From: a virus
Lineage: Duplodnaviria > Heunggongvirae > Uroviricota > Caudoviricetes
Strand: one strand, 5' to 3'
Length of the DNA: 64,000 nucleotides
IMG/VR virus record: IMGVR_UViG_3300014963_000512
Shown: piece after piece, positions 17,681 through 27,266 of the stretch
Position numbering within the stretch: the first letter of the stretch is position 1
How the letters are laid out: every line of letters begins with the position of its first letter
The notes under the pieces: model-generated
Told to the model about the DNA's origin: nothing
What the model saw: only the letters and a program-made list of their open reading frames with translations
The model's database searches: none
Translations under genes and position numbers: made by a program

Positions 17681-17867
17681 GAGGCTGGGTAGCGCCCAGA
17701 TGATGTGAGAGATTATCGGCTTACCTCACAGAGAATGACAATGCCTGCTGAAAACTGCGCTTTTTCTGATGCGTCGGAACCAGTGTGACCGGGTGAATCG
17801 GGGCTATGCGTTTGCGGATGTGTAGTTGCTGGTAGCGTGTGACAATCTAAGCGGGAAGCCGACCAAT

Positions 17868-17943
17868 GCTGGAATAGCTCAACTGGTAGAGCAACGCTCT
17901 CGTACAGCGTAGGTTCTCGGTTCGACTCCGAGTTCCAGCTCCA
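17868..17943 (+). tRNA. tRNA-Thr(CGT)
   Basis: Acceptor GCTGGAA/TTCCAGC-T-CCA. D-arm GCTC/GAGC. Loop CTCGTAC. T-loop TTCGACT. Confidence 0.85.
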
Positions 17944-18106
17944 GTTTCCAAAGCTGACAGCGTACAGGGGTGATGAGCGGATATGCCATCCCGTCAGCAG
18001 GACGCATACCGGGTGCGTGAAAACCGGAGGGGTTAGCTTCGACCCGTCAAGGAAATGGCTTCAAACAAACCCAATGTCCACATTGGGGTGCCAGTGAGCA
18101 CTCTTT

Positions 18107-18182
18107 GCTGGTGTAGCTCAGTTGGTAGAGCATCGGTTTTGTACTCCGAGGGTCGCGGGTTCGAGCCCTGTCACCAGCTCCA
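18107..18182 (+). tRNA. tRNA-Thr(TGT)
   Basis: Acceptor GCTGGTG/CACCAGC-T-CCA. Loop TTTGTAC. T-loop TTCGAGC. Confidence 0.85.
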
Positions 18183-18205
18183 CAAAATATACAGGAGGGT
18201 TGGTA

Positions 18206-18697
18206 ATGTATCTGTATCATGGCACCTCAGCTTCATTCGCCGTACCATCCTTATCTTTTTGCAAGCCGCACCGTGATTTCGGGTGCGGCTTTTATCTTGC
18301 TTCGAACTATTTTGACGCATTACCAATGGCAATCAAGCACTCACCAATAGGTTTTATCCATACATATACGATAAAGAATTTGGATGGCCTATCGGTGTTA
18401 GAGCTTACGGGCTACTCTGAAGCATGGCTACGGTTTGTCGTAGCATCTCGGCTGGGCTATAGTTTCACCGAGTATGATTTGGTTGTCGGCAATATGGCTG
18501 GCGGCGGAGCGAACCTCAAAAGCAAGTTCTCAAAATTCAGGCGGGCAAATATGTCCGTGGAAGGGGTCGTGTCATTGATGAAGCACGACCTCACCAGCAC
18601 TAATCTTGGATTGCAGTATGCGTTTTTGACAGAAAAGGCGCTGTCCAAATTAACATTGATTGATACCGAAATGGTAGAAAGGGAGGATGCAGTATGA
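18206..18697 (+). CDS. hypothetical protein (163 aa)
   Basis: aggagggttggtaATG immediately after the tRNA. Confidence 0.5.
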   Translation: MYLYHGTSASFAVPSLSFCKPHRDFGCGFYLASNYFDALPMAIKHSPIGFIHTYTIKNLDGLSVLELTGYSEAWLRFVVASRLGYSFTEYDLVVGNMAGGGANLKSKFSKFRRANMSVEGVVSLMKHDLTSTNLGLQYAFLTEKALSKLTLIDTEMVEREDAV

Positions 18698-19233
18698 CAA
18701 GAAATGATTTTCTTAATGATGTGACCGAATGGTGGGAGCTGCTTGATTTCTGCTCCGACGAGGACTGCAATATCTGCGAAGACATTATCGACTCTGACCA
18801 ACTTGACGAGTATGTCGAGGAAGATATCCGCGACACCAATTACTCATGGAGAGACATCAGAGATTCGCTTTCCGAAATCCCCACCGGGTATGGCTACTAC
18901 CGTATGAACGGCAGCTTCGACTATGACGGCATGGACGAAAATGACTTTGATAGTTATAAGGATGATGTTCTGGAATGGGGCGATAACAACGGTGTTTGGG
19001 AAGATGAGCCTGATGAAGAGGACGATTTTGATACCGATGCCATGTTCAATGAAGAAGATTCCGAGCCGGATGAGCCTCCTGTGGAGGAAGAGGATTTCTC
19101 CATCGGTGAACTGATGGGCTTCTGCGGCGTCGTTCTTTTGGACATCCGCAGAGAGGAAGCCGCCGAACGAGCAAGAGAAGATGAGGCGTTGAATCAGCTC
19201 ATCAACAACAATCGACCGAGGATTCTTCATTAA
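18694..19233 (+). CDS. hypothetical highly acidic protein (179 aa)
   Basis: ATGA overlap. Asp/Glu-rich. Confidence 0.5.
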   Translation: MTRNDFLNDVTEWWELLDFCSDEDCNICEDIIDSDQLDEYVEEDIRDTNYSWRDIRDSLSEIPTGYGYYRMNGSFDYDGMDENDFDSYKDDVLEWGDNNGVWEDEPDEEDDFDTDAMFNEEDSEPDEPPVEEEDFSIGELMGFCGVVLLDIRREEAAERAREDEALNQLINNNRPRILH

Positions 19234-19508
19234 CTTTGTTCTTAAGTGAAAGATTCTTTCGCTTTTGATATGACCGCTTTGTAGATTTTCCGCACATACA
19301 TACCCCCTTCTCTGTGCGGTATCTTCTCGCTTAGAGCAGAAGAGACACTTTGCGTTCTTCATTTTTAACTTCGGATTTAGTCAGTATTAAAAAGATTATC
19401 CGGCGGATAATCATTTTAATCCAGTCTAAATCTCTCGTTAAAAATGTCACTTTATGCACAGGGTCGCGCCACAGTAAAACGCGCTCCCCTGCGGAAAGCG
19501 GTCGGGTA

Positions 19509-19539
19509 CAGATAAAGAGGCGCAAGCCTCTTTTATCTG
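19509..19539 (+). terminator. 13-bp perfect hairpin (cagataaagaggc-gcaa-gcctcttttatctg). Terminator or attenuator just upstream of the rtcB promoter.
   Basis: Read directly from the sequence. The U-tract lies inside the 3' stem arm. Confidence 0.5.
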
Positions 19540-19548
19540 TGCTATAAT
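19540..19548 (+). promoter_or_regulatory. extended -10 promoter element TGcTATAAT upstream of rtcB
   Basis: TGn plus TATAAT consensus 35 nt upstream of the RBS ccaaaggaggg. Confidence 0.5.
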
Positions 19549-19582
19549 AGGACTATATGCCAAGCCAAAGGAGGGCAATAAA

Positions 19583-20788
19583 ATGCTTGAGCTTCAAGGG
19601 AAATACGCTTCGGCAAAAGTATTTACCGATGTGGTCGATAGCGAATCCATTTCTCAGGTCATCAATCTCTTGAACCAGCCCTATGTCGAGGGCAGCAAGG
19701 TTCGTATGATGCCAGACATTCATGCCGGTGCGGGTTGCACGATTGGCACTACCATGACTATCAAGGATAAAATTTGCCCCAACCTTGTTGGCGTTGATAT
19801 TGGATGCGGTATGGAAACCATCCGCCTGAAAGAGACCCACATCGAACCGCAGAAGCTGGATAAGGTTATCCGCGAGGGTATCCCGTCCGGCTTTGCAATC
19901 CGTTCCGTCCCGCATCGTTACGCAAAAGAAATCGATTTGTCGCAGTTGTGCTGCGCAAAGAAGGTCAATACTGACCGTGCCTATCATAGTATTGGTACTT
20001 TGGGCGGAGGCAATCATTTTATTGAGGCGAACAAGGACGATGATGGGAACATCTATATCGTTGTCCACTCCGGCAGCCGCCATCTGGGTCTGGAAATCGC
20101 CAACTTCTATCAGGAAGCTGCTTTCAAGGCACTGACCTCTTATAGCCATGAAGAGATTGAGGCGGCTATTGAACAGCTGAAAGCGGATGGCCGTCAAAAA
20201 GAAATTCAGGCAGTACTGAAGTCCATGAAGTCCAAACATTCACCCGTCCCCAAACCGCTTGCTTATGTGGAGGGTGAGCTCTTTGAGCAGTATCTTCATG
20301 ACATGAAAATTGCCCAGCGTTTTGCTGAGCTGAACCGGCAGACAATGATGGATACCATCGTCAAAGGAATGGAATTCCATGTAACTGAACAGTTTACAAC
20401 GATTCACAACTATATCGATGTGGAGAACATGATTTTGCGTAAGGGTTCTGTGTCTGCACAGGCCGGTGAACGCTTGTTGATTCCCATCAATATGCGTGAC
20501 GGCAGCTTACTTTGCACCGGCAAGGGCAATCCGGATTGGAACTTTTCCGCTCCGCATGGTGCCGGTCGGCTGATGAGCCGCAGCGCAGCAAAAGAGGCAT
20601 TTACTGTGTCTGAGTTCAAAAAGCAGATGGTAGGCATCTACACGACTTCCGTCGGACGCAGCACGCTGGATGAATGCCCGATGGCCTATAAGGGTATGGA
20701 CGATATTGTTGGCAATATCGAGCCGACCGTAACCATTGATGCCGTTATCAAGCCTATTTATAACTTCAAGGCGGGTGATGAAGATTGA
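19583..20788 (+). CDS. rtcB: RtcB-family RNA 3'-phosphate/2',3'-cyclic-phosphate ligase
   Basis: Motifs MPDIHAGAGC, GGGNHFIE, HSGSRHLG. 401 aa. Confidence 0.85.
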   Translation: MLELQGKYASAKVFTDVVDSESISQVINLLNQPYVEGSKVRMMPDIHAGAGCTIGTTMTIKDKICPNLVGVDIGCGMETIRLKETHIEPQKLDKVIREGIPSGFAIRSVPHRYAKEIDLSQLCCAKKVNTDRAYHSIGTLGGGNHFIEANKDDDGNIYIVVHSGSRHLGLEIANFYQEAAFKALTSYSHEEIEAAIEQLKADGRQKEIQAVLKSMKSKHSPVPKPLAYVEGELFEQYLHDMKIAQRFAELNRQTMMDTIVKGMEFHVTEQFTTIHNYIDVENMILRKGSVSAQAGERLLIPINMRDGSLLCTGKGNPDWNFSAPHGAGRLMSRSAAKEAFTVSEFKKQMVGIYTTSVGRSTLDECPMAYKGMDDIVGNIEPTVTIDAVIKPIYNFKAGDED

Positions 20789-22077
20789 TTGCCACGACGC
20801 CACTGTCAGATTCTATCACAAAATTACGCCGTTTGCAGGAAGCAAACGGCTCCATAAGAAAGACCCAGCTGTTACGGGAGTTCAAAGACGATGCGAACTT
20901 CCGTAATTTTTTATATTACGCGCTCAACCCGATGCTCACCTATAAAATTTCGGAACAGACGCTTCGCTCCCCTGTCCGGTATGACTCAGCCATCACACTG
21001 ACAATGACAGACATCTTTTCTGTCTGTGAGCTGCTGTCTAAGAGAAAGGCGTTGGACGCCGGTACGGTGTATCAGGTCTGCGCGTTCGTTCAGAGCGCCC
21101 CGCCGGATGAAGCTGGTGTTTATATCAAGCTTCTTTCCAAGACGCTCCGGCTGGGTGTCACGGCAAAGACCGTGAACAAGGTTATCCCCAACCTGATTCC
21201 GGAGTGGGAGGTTCAGCAGGCGTATCCCATTGACAAGTATCCGCTGAAAGAGAACACAGAGTTTTGGCTGACGCAAAAGCTAAACGGTGTCCGAGCGACT
21301 TATTACAAAGGCAAACTGTACGCAAGAAGCGGCGTTCCCTACGAAGGGCTTGACCACATTCTGGACGCTCTCTGCTTCGATGAAGAGGATAGCTATGTGT
21401 TCGATGGTGAGCTGACGCTTCGTGAGAAGGGTAGCCTCTCAGATAATGAGGCGTTCCGAAAAGCGACCGGTATTATCAACTCAGACGATGGTGATAAAAC
21501 GGTGATTTGTTACACGATTTTTGATGTCCTGACGGTCGAAGAGTTCCACCGTGGGCAGAGCGACGGCAGTTATGGCTACCGCCGTGCTTTCTTAGACCAG
21601 CTTCACCGCTTCATTCCGCAGGATGGCCGGGTCAGTATTCTGCCGGTTCTGTATCATGGAAAAGACCGGAGCAAAATCAGCGAACTGCTGGAGCAGATGG
21701 TTCGTGAGGACAAAGAAGGGTTGATGGTCAACCTTGATGTTCCCTACCAGTGCAAACGGCACAACGGAATCCTGAAAGTCAAACGCTTTTACACGATGGA
21801 CTTGTGTATCCTCCGCTGTGAAGAAGGTAGCGGAAGATTGGCAGGGACTTTGGGTGCGCTTGTGCTCGACTATAAGGGGAATGAAGTCAAGGTCGGCTCC
21901 GGGTTTACCGACGAGCAGCGAGCAACATTCTGGCAAGGGAAAAATGACCTACCGGGTTTGCTTTGCGAAGTAAAGTACAAAGAAATATCCAGTGATAAAA
22001 ACACCGGTGCTGAGAGCCTTCAGTTCCCGGTGTTTATTTCTATCCGAACCGATAAAACCGAAGTCAGCTTCGGATAA
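20785..22077 (+). CDS. ATP-dependent polynucleotide ligase (DNA-ligase-like nucleotidyltransferase, KxNGxR motif I)
   Basis: Motif I KLNGVR, motif III FDGEL, motif IV EGLMVN, motif V LKVK, and an OB-fold region. The TTG start overlapping the rtcB stop is uncertain. Confidence 0.65.
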   Translation: MIATTPLSDSITKLRRLQEANGSIRKTQLLREFKDDANFRNFLYYALNPMLTYKISEQTLRSPVRYDSAITLTMTDIFSVCELLSKRKALDAGTVYQVCAFVQSAPPDEAGVYIKLLSKTLRLGVTAKTVNKVIPNLIPEWEVQQAYPIDKYPLKENTEFWLTQKLNGVRATYYKGKLYARSGVPYEGLDHILDALCFDEEDSYVFDGELTLREKGSLSDNEAFRKATGIINSDDGDKTVICYTIFDVLTVEEFHRGQSDGSYGYRRAFLDQLHRFIPQDGRVSILPVLYHGKDRSKISELLEQMVREDKEGLMVNLDVPYQCKRHNGILKVKRFYTMDLCILRCEEGSGRLAGTLGALVLDYKGNEVKVGSGFTDEQRATFWQGKNDLPGLLCEVKYKEISSDKNTGAESLQFPVFISIRTDKTEVSFG

Positions 22078-22096
22078 ATCAGAGAGGAGGTCTTGC

Positions 22097-22495
22097 ATGA
22101 AAAAACAATCAAAGCCACCGCAGTTCTCCGAATCCATCGGGGCGTTCTGCCGGATGATGGAGGATGCGCAGAAAGATTATGCGTGGAATTATAGCGAGGT
22201 CAACCGCATGGACAGGCTTACGCAGGACTACCTCCACAAACTGGAGCTTGACGGCCTCGACTATAAGGAACGGGCAAAGGTCGCCACAAGTCTTGCTAAG
22301 TGCAGACAGGCACGCCGTGAATATAAGGACACGGTAGAAATCCTTGAACCGCTCGTTCAATTTTTGGAAAGCGACAAAGGCAAAAACCTTTTGAACTTGA
22401 TGCGCGAGGCACTGGGTAAGACCAGAAAGGTCGAGAAGTGCATGGAAACCCGCACATACATACCACGAGTTTTAGAACAGGAGGTAAGCAAGTGA
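22097..22495 (+). CDS. hypothetical protein (132 aa)
   Basis: agaggaggtcttgcATG. Confidence 0.5.
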   Translation: MKKQSKPPQFSESIGAFCRMMEDAQKDYAWNYSEVNRMDRLTQDYLHKLELDGLDYKERAKVATSLAKCRQARREYKDTVEILEPLVQFLESDKGKNLLNLMREALGKTRKVEKCMETRTYIPRVLEQEVSK

Positions 22496-22677
22496 ACATC
22501 GTGTTCTGGCTCATCGTCATCGTTGCACTTGTGCTGTTATGGTTCTGTCTGAGCTTTGCCTTTAAGGGCATTGGCGCATTCGGCCTGCGAATTTACAACG
22601 ATGCGAAAAAGGAAATCTCCGAGGAATCGGAGGAGAAATCTGAAAAAACAACAGAGGAGTTAAAGGATGAAGGGTAA
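22492..22677 (+). CDS. small membrane protein (61 aa)
   Basis: GTG with ggagg RBS. Single TM (IVFWLIVIVALVLLWF) and an acidic tail. Confidence 0.4.
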   Translation: MNIVFWLIVIVALVLLWFCLSFAFKGIGAFGLRIYNDAKKEISEESEEKSEKTTEELKDEG

Positions 22678-23554
22678 AATCGGCGCAATTATTTTGGGTA
22701 TCGTGATGGTCTTCTGCCTGATTGCCTGCATTGTGTGTCTTGAGAAAATTCCCGCCGGTTATGTCGGCGTCGTGTACAACATGAACGGCGGCGTTGATGG
22801 TGAGGTTCTGACACAGGGCTGGCATCTGGTTGCCCCAACCAAGAAGGTGACCCAGTATTCTATCGGTATTGAGCAGTCTTATTTGACAGCTGAGGATAAG
22901 GGTGATTCGCCCAAGGATGAGAGTTTTAACATTCCTACCTCCGATGGTAAGACAGTCCGTGTGAATATTGAGTTCTCATATCGTTTTGATGAGGCGCGAG
23001 TCTCCGAAACCTTTGCTATGTTCAAAGGAAAGTCAGGCGAGGCAATCAAGGATTCGTTCATCAAGCCCAAGGTTATTGCATGGACACAGGAGGTGTCTGC
23101 CAACTATCCCGTCACTGACATCTTCGGCGACAAGCGCACCGAAATCAATGCCGAGTTGGATACCTATCTGCGTGAGAAGTTCAACCAGTACGGCATTATC
23201 ATCGACACGGTGAACTTTACCGACATTTCCGTTGATGAGGAGACCGCCGCCGCCATCCAAAAGAAGGTCACCGCCCAGCAGGAGCTGGAGCTGGCGAATA
23301 TTGAGAAGCAGACCGCAAAGATTCAGGCAGAAAAGGACAGAGAGGTTGCCCAGATTAACGCAGAAAAAGCGGTTATCGAAGCGGAAGCAAAGGCAGAAGC
23401 TCTGCGTATTGCAGCCGAAGCCGAGGCTGAGGCAAACCGTATGATTGCCGGTTCTCTGACCGGTGAGTTGATTGAGAAAATCAAGTATGAGCAATGGAAC
23501 GGCGAACTGCCTACTGTAACCGGTTCCAGTTCCATTATCAGCATCGACCCCTAA
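22667..23554 (+). CDS. SPFH/band-7 (prohibitin/HflKC-like) membrane protein
   Basis: N-terminal TM, PHB domain and a C-terminal Ala/Glu-rich coiled coil (AEAEAKAEALRIAAEAEAEA). Confidence 0.8.
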   Translation: MKGKIGAIILGIVMVFCLIACIVCLEKIPAGYVGVVYNMNGGVDGEVLTQGWHLVAPTKKVTQYSIGIEQSYLTAEDKGDSPKDESFNIPTSDGKTVRVNIEFSYRFDEARVSETFAMFKGKSGEAIKDSFIKPKVIAWTQEVSANYPVTDIFGDKRTEINAELDTYLREKFNQYGIIIDTVNFTDISVDEETAAAIQKKVTAQQELELANIEKQTAKIQAEKDREVAQINAEKAVIEAEAKAEALRIAAEAEAEANRMIAGSLTGELIEKIKYEQWNGELPTVTGSSSIISIDP

Positions 23555-23576
23555 TTAACACTAAGGAGGAATGAGT

Positions 23577-24071
23577 TTGACGACCGCTTTTTATATGTTC
23601 GTTTTGTTTCTGGCAAAGGTTCTGGACAATACGCTCAACACAGCAAAGACAATTCTTGTTCAGCGCAACCGCTGCCTGCTTGCCGGTGTCGCTCTCGGCC
23701 TGTCAAACTTCATTTACCTGAGTATCACAAAAGACATCGTTACCAGCGACAGCACACTCGCCCTTGTGATAGTTTCCATAGCAAGCGGCGTTGGGTGCTG
23801 TCTTGCCGTTGCCCTCAGTAACCGATTCTCAAAAGACAGAACCTATGTGAATGTCATCTTGTCGGATGACAAGGAAGCGATGAAAGAGTTCCGCGATTTT
23901 CTGGCTGAAAATCATATTACCAATGTTGCCACCGATAGCTACACATTGGACTGGAGCCGGAAATCCATTTCCATCACCGCTTATGCTCAAACAAAAGCAC
24001 AGAGCCGTCTGATAGACGAGTACATCGAACGGAGTTTATTGAAATGCAAGAGAGTCATCCGAAAGAATTGA
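23577..24071 (+). CDS. membrane protein (three TM helices plus a soluble C-terminal domain)
   Basis: aaggagg RBS. TTG at 23577 (an ATG at 23571 is too close to the RBS). Confidence 0.5.
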   Translation: MTTAFYMFVLFLAKVLDNTLNTAKTILVQRNRCLLAGVALGLSNFIYLSITKDIVTSDSTLALVIVSIASGVGCCLAVALSNRFSKDRTYVNVILSDDKEAMKEFRDFLAENHITNVATDSYTLDWSRKSISITAYAQTKAQSRLIDEYIERSLLKCKRVIRKN

Positions 24072-24364
24072 GAACGATGGTTTCAACCATTGAGCATTTC
24101 CTTGCCCGTTTTCATCTGGCCGATGATGTCGATACGGTATTTACCAGCGGCTGTTGCTACTGGTTTGCAGTTATTCTGCACTGCCGCTTCCCTGATAGCA
24201 CACTGATGTATGACCAGGTGGAAAATCATTTTGTTACCCAGATACAAGGTCGGCTTTATGACATCACTGGTGATGTGACTGAAAAGTACCAAGTAAAACC
24301 GTGGGATGCGTTGGATGATGAACTCTTAAAAAAGAGAATTATCCGAGACTGCATCCTGTTTTAA
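24044..24364 (+). CDS. hypothetical protein (106 aa)
   Basis: ORF overlapping the upstream gene end. Confidence 0.45.
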   Translation: MQESHPKELRTMVSTIEHFLARFHLADDVDTVFTSGCCYWFAVILHCRFPDSTLMYDQVENHFVTQIQGRLYDITGDVTEKYQVKPWDALDDELLKKRIIRDCILF

Positions 24365-24380
24365 TTAGGAGGAAAGTTTC

Positions 24381-25466
24381 ATGCGACATTTAGCTACTAT
24401 TCGTGAGATTACAACCCTCCGTCCGATTGCAGGAGCAGACCGCATCGAGGTTGCTCAGGTTGACGGATGGGAGTGCGTTGTCCAGAAGGGCGAGTTCCAC
24501 ACTGGGGAACACATCGTATATATCGAAGTTGATTCCATTGTCCCAGAGAGACCTGAGTTTGAGTTTTTGCGTGACCGTAAGTTCCGTGTCCGCACCATTA
24601 AGCTTCGTGGTCAGGTCAGTCAGGGCTTGGTTCTCCCGCTGTCCATCTTGCCAAACGGCGCTCCCGCCGATTTGGGTGCCGATGTGACCGATGTTTTGGG
24701 CATCAAGAAATATGACCCTGAAGCACAGCAGGAGGCGCAGCTGCTGACCAAGCAACCCGCCAAACCTAAGAGCGCACTGGTGCGATTCCTTATGCGCTTC
24801 AAGTGGTATCGTAAGCTGTTCATGAAGTCCAAGCGCAAGGGTGGTTTCCCTGATTGGATTGTTAAGACCGATGAGACTCGCATCCAGAACCTTACTGCGC
24901 TCTTTGAGGCAGAGCGTAACAAGGGGACAGAGTTTTCCGTTACGGAGAAGATGGACGGTCAGTCAGCGACTTACTATCTGCGTAAGGTTTCCAGACGCAA
25001 GTATGAGTTCGGCGTGTGCAGCCGCAATATCTATCTCGGTACACCGGACAACAGTTCCTACTGGACAGTTGCCAAGAAGTACAACATCGAAAATGTGCTG
25101 CGGCAGCTCATCGGTGATTATGAAACCATCGTTTTACAGGGTGAGATTTGCGGCAACCAGATTCAGGGCAACAAGTATCACATCAGCGGTTATGAACTGT
25201 TTGCGTTCAACCTGATTTTCCCTGACCATAAATGCACGACTGCGGAAATCAAGGAGTTGCTGGCGCCTTATGGCATTCGTTCCGTTCCCATCGTTGAAGA
25301 GGGCAAAACGCTGCCGGATACCATCGCAGAGCTGGTGGAGTATTCCAAAGGATATTCTGTGGTTCGTAACGGTCAGAAGCGTGAGGGCGTTGTCATGAGA
25401 AATGTCAAAAGCAACATCAGCTTCAAGGTCATCAACCCGGACTTCCTGCTGGCAGAAAAGGATTGA
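24381..25466 (+). CDS. ATP-dependent RNA ligase (Rnl-family nucleotidyltransferase with an N-terminal OB-like domain)
   Basis: KxDG motif TEKMDGQS. Motifs VLQGEICG and EGVVMRN. ggaggaaagtttcATG start. Confidence 0.75.
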   Translation: MRHLATIREITTLRPIAGADRIEVAQVDGWECVVQKGEFHTGEHIVYIEVDSIVPERPEFEFLRDRKFRVRTIKLRGQVSQGLVLPLSILPNGAPADLGADVTDVLGIKKYDPEAQQEAQLLTKQPAKPKSALVRFLMRFKWYRKLFMKSKRKGGFPDWIVKTDETRIQNLTALFEAERNKGTEFSVTEKMDGQSATYYLRKVSRRKYEFGVCSRNIYLGTPDNSSYWTVAKKYNIENVLRQLIGDYETIVLQGEICGNQIQGNKYHISGYELFAFNLIFPDHKCTTAEIKELLAPYGIRSVPIVEEGKTLPDTIAELVEYSKGYSVVRNGQKREGVVMRNVKSNISFKVINPDFLLAEKD

Positions 25467-25496
25467 CCCATACATCTGCGAAAGGAGATGTAAATC

Positions 25497-25979
25497 ATGA
25501 GCGGAGTATCCATTGACTTGACCGGCGAGACTTTTGGAAATCTGAAAGTCATTCGCCGCGTCGAAAATAACCATAATCGTCAGCCACGGTGGCTTTGTGA
25601 ATGCAAGTGTGGCAATACATATATCGCCGAGGGGCGTTACCTCAAGTCTGGCAGAACAAAATCCTGCGGCTGTATCCCCCGTGGCGCAAAGAGCGCAACA
25701 GCCATGACCAGCCGTGAAGAATGGGACTCGTCTGAAAGCAGGATGCGCTTGCAGCACGATGAAACAGACCCTTATCAGAGCTTGGCAAATGCCATCGTCT
25801 GTGTTGCCGCCGATGATTATCGCACTGCACTGAAGGATGATAACGAGCCGCTACAGAAAGAGTTGGAGAAGTTTTTCCACTCGGCGTGGTACAAGCTTCT
25901 GACGAATGCAGACCCAGACAGATTGTTGACGCTTCTGCGCCGAGAGCATCGTGGAACTTTGAGCGCAGCCTATATCTGA
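25497..25979 (+). CDS. hypothetical Zn-ribbon protein (WLCECKCGN...SCGC motif)
   Basis: aaaggagatgtaaatcATG start. Cys cluster. Confidence 0.5.
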   Translation: MSGVSIDLTGETFGNLKVIRRVENNHNRQPRWLCECKCGNTYIAEGRYLKSGRTKSCGCIPRGAKSATAMTSREEWDSSESRMRLQHDETDPYQSLANAIVCVAADDYRTALKDDNEPLQKELEKFFHSAWYKLLTNADPDRLLTLLRREHRGTLSAAYI

Positions 25980-26077
25980 TTCCCAAGAGCCGACTTGTTC
26001 GGCTCTTTTCCTTTGGCATAATTTGAGGATTCTGCCCGAAGAAAAGATTCGATGACATAAGGGGGGGCGGTTCACTG

Positions 26078-26677
26078 TTGAAAGTTAGTATCAGCCGAGG
26101 GAACGAAAAGCTCGGCAGTATTCAGAGCGTGTCACTTCCGTCCGGCTTGACCTGCCGGGAGTGTGATTGCAGCAGGAAGTGTTACGCAAGGCGCATAGAG
26201 CGTCGTCGTCCCAGTGTGGCGGCAGCTTATCGGAACAATCTACAAATTTTAGAAACAGAACCAGAAGTGTATTGGCGGGAGGTCGAGGCGACAATCATGT
26301 TGTCTCGATTCTTCCGCTTTCATGTTTCTGGCGATATTCCAAATACCACCTACTTCCACATCATGATGGAGATTGCTAAGCGCAATTCTCATTGTGAGAT
26401 TCTATGCTTCACAAAGAAGTATGAAATCGTCAACGGAGTTCTGGCCTCTGGTATCCCGTTACCGGCAAACTTACATATGATTTTCAGCGCATGGAGAGGA
26501 CTCCAAATGGACAATCCCTTCCAACTGCCGGAAGCCCATGTTCGATATAAGGACGGAACGACTACGGCAAGACCAGACGCAAAAGAATGTGGCGGCAACT
26601 GCACGGAATGTGCCTGCACATCCGGTGGCTGCTGGTCTTTGCACACAGGAGAACAGGTGGTATTTAACGAGCACTGA
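26078..26677 (+). CDS. hypothetical Cys-rich protein (CRECDCS...GGNCTECAC)
   Basis: TTG start. Multiple CxxC clusters. Confidence 0.5.
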   Translation: MKVSISRGNEKLGSIQSVSLPSGLTCRECDCSRKCYARRIERRRPSVAAAYRNNLQILETEPEVYWREVEATIMLSRFFRFHVSGDIPNTTYFHIMMEIAKRNSHCEILCFTKKYEIVNGVLASGIPLPANLHMIFSAWRGLQMDNPFQLPEAHVRYKDGTTTARPDAKECGGNCTECACTSGGCWSLHTGEQVVFNEH

Positions 26678-26690
26678 CAGGAGGGATTGA

Positions 26691-27266
26691 ATGAAGCGGA
26701 TAATTCCGCCGATTTTTATGTTGCTGTTGGTTGTAGTAATTACACTTGCTACACCGATTGATGCACAGGTAAAGGTAGAGGAACGGCAGCCGGTTGAACC
26801 GATGACTACAACAACCGTGCTGTCCACGGAGAGTCTTCCAGAGATGAGCCTTAAGACCGAGCCGGAAATCGTCGAGGCTGATGATGGTTTACTGACCTCT
26901 CCATCAGGATTAACAGCAGAAGACTTACATCTTCGCCATAACCTGATTGGATTGGAACAAGCCTTCATCGATGCCGAGGCCAAGCATGGAGTCCGTGCGG
27001 ATTTCCTTGCTGCTGTTGCGGCACTGGAAAGTGGATGGGGACGCTATCAATTCCGGCCCAATAACATCATGGGTTTTGGACAGATGGAGTTCTCCAGTAT
27101 GGAAGAGTGCATCGACACAGTCGCAGCATATCTCGCCAAGCATTATCTCAGTCCGGACGGCAAGTATTATAACGGCGAAACTGTCGAAGGCGTTTGTGTC
27201 CGGTACAACGGAAGCCCTGAATGGGCTGAATCAGTTCAGCAAATTATGGAGGAGGTGCGGTCGTGA
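26691..27266 (+). CDS. secreted peptidoglycan hydrolase, N-acetylglucosaminidase (FlgJ/glucosaminidase domain)
   Basis: Signal peptide MKRIIPPIFMLLLVVVITLA. Motif FLAAVAALESGWG. Confidence 0.7.
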   Translation: MKRIIPPIFMLLLVVVITLATPIDAQVKVEERQPVEPMTTTTVLSTESLPEMSLKTEPEIVEADDGLLTSPSGLTAEDLHLRHNLIGLEQAFIDAEAKHGVRADFLAAVAALESGWGRYQFRPNNIMGFGQMEFSSMEECIDTVAAYLAKHYLSPDGKYYNGETVEGVCVRYNGSPEWAESVQQIMEEVRS

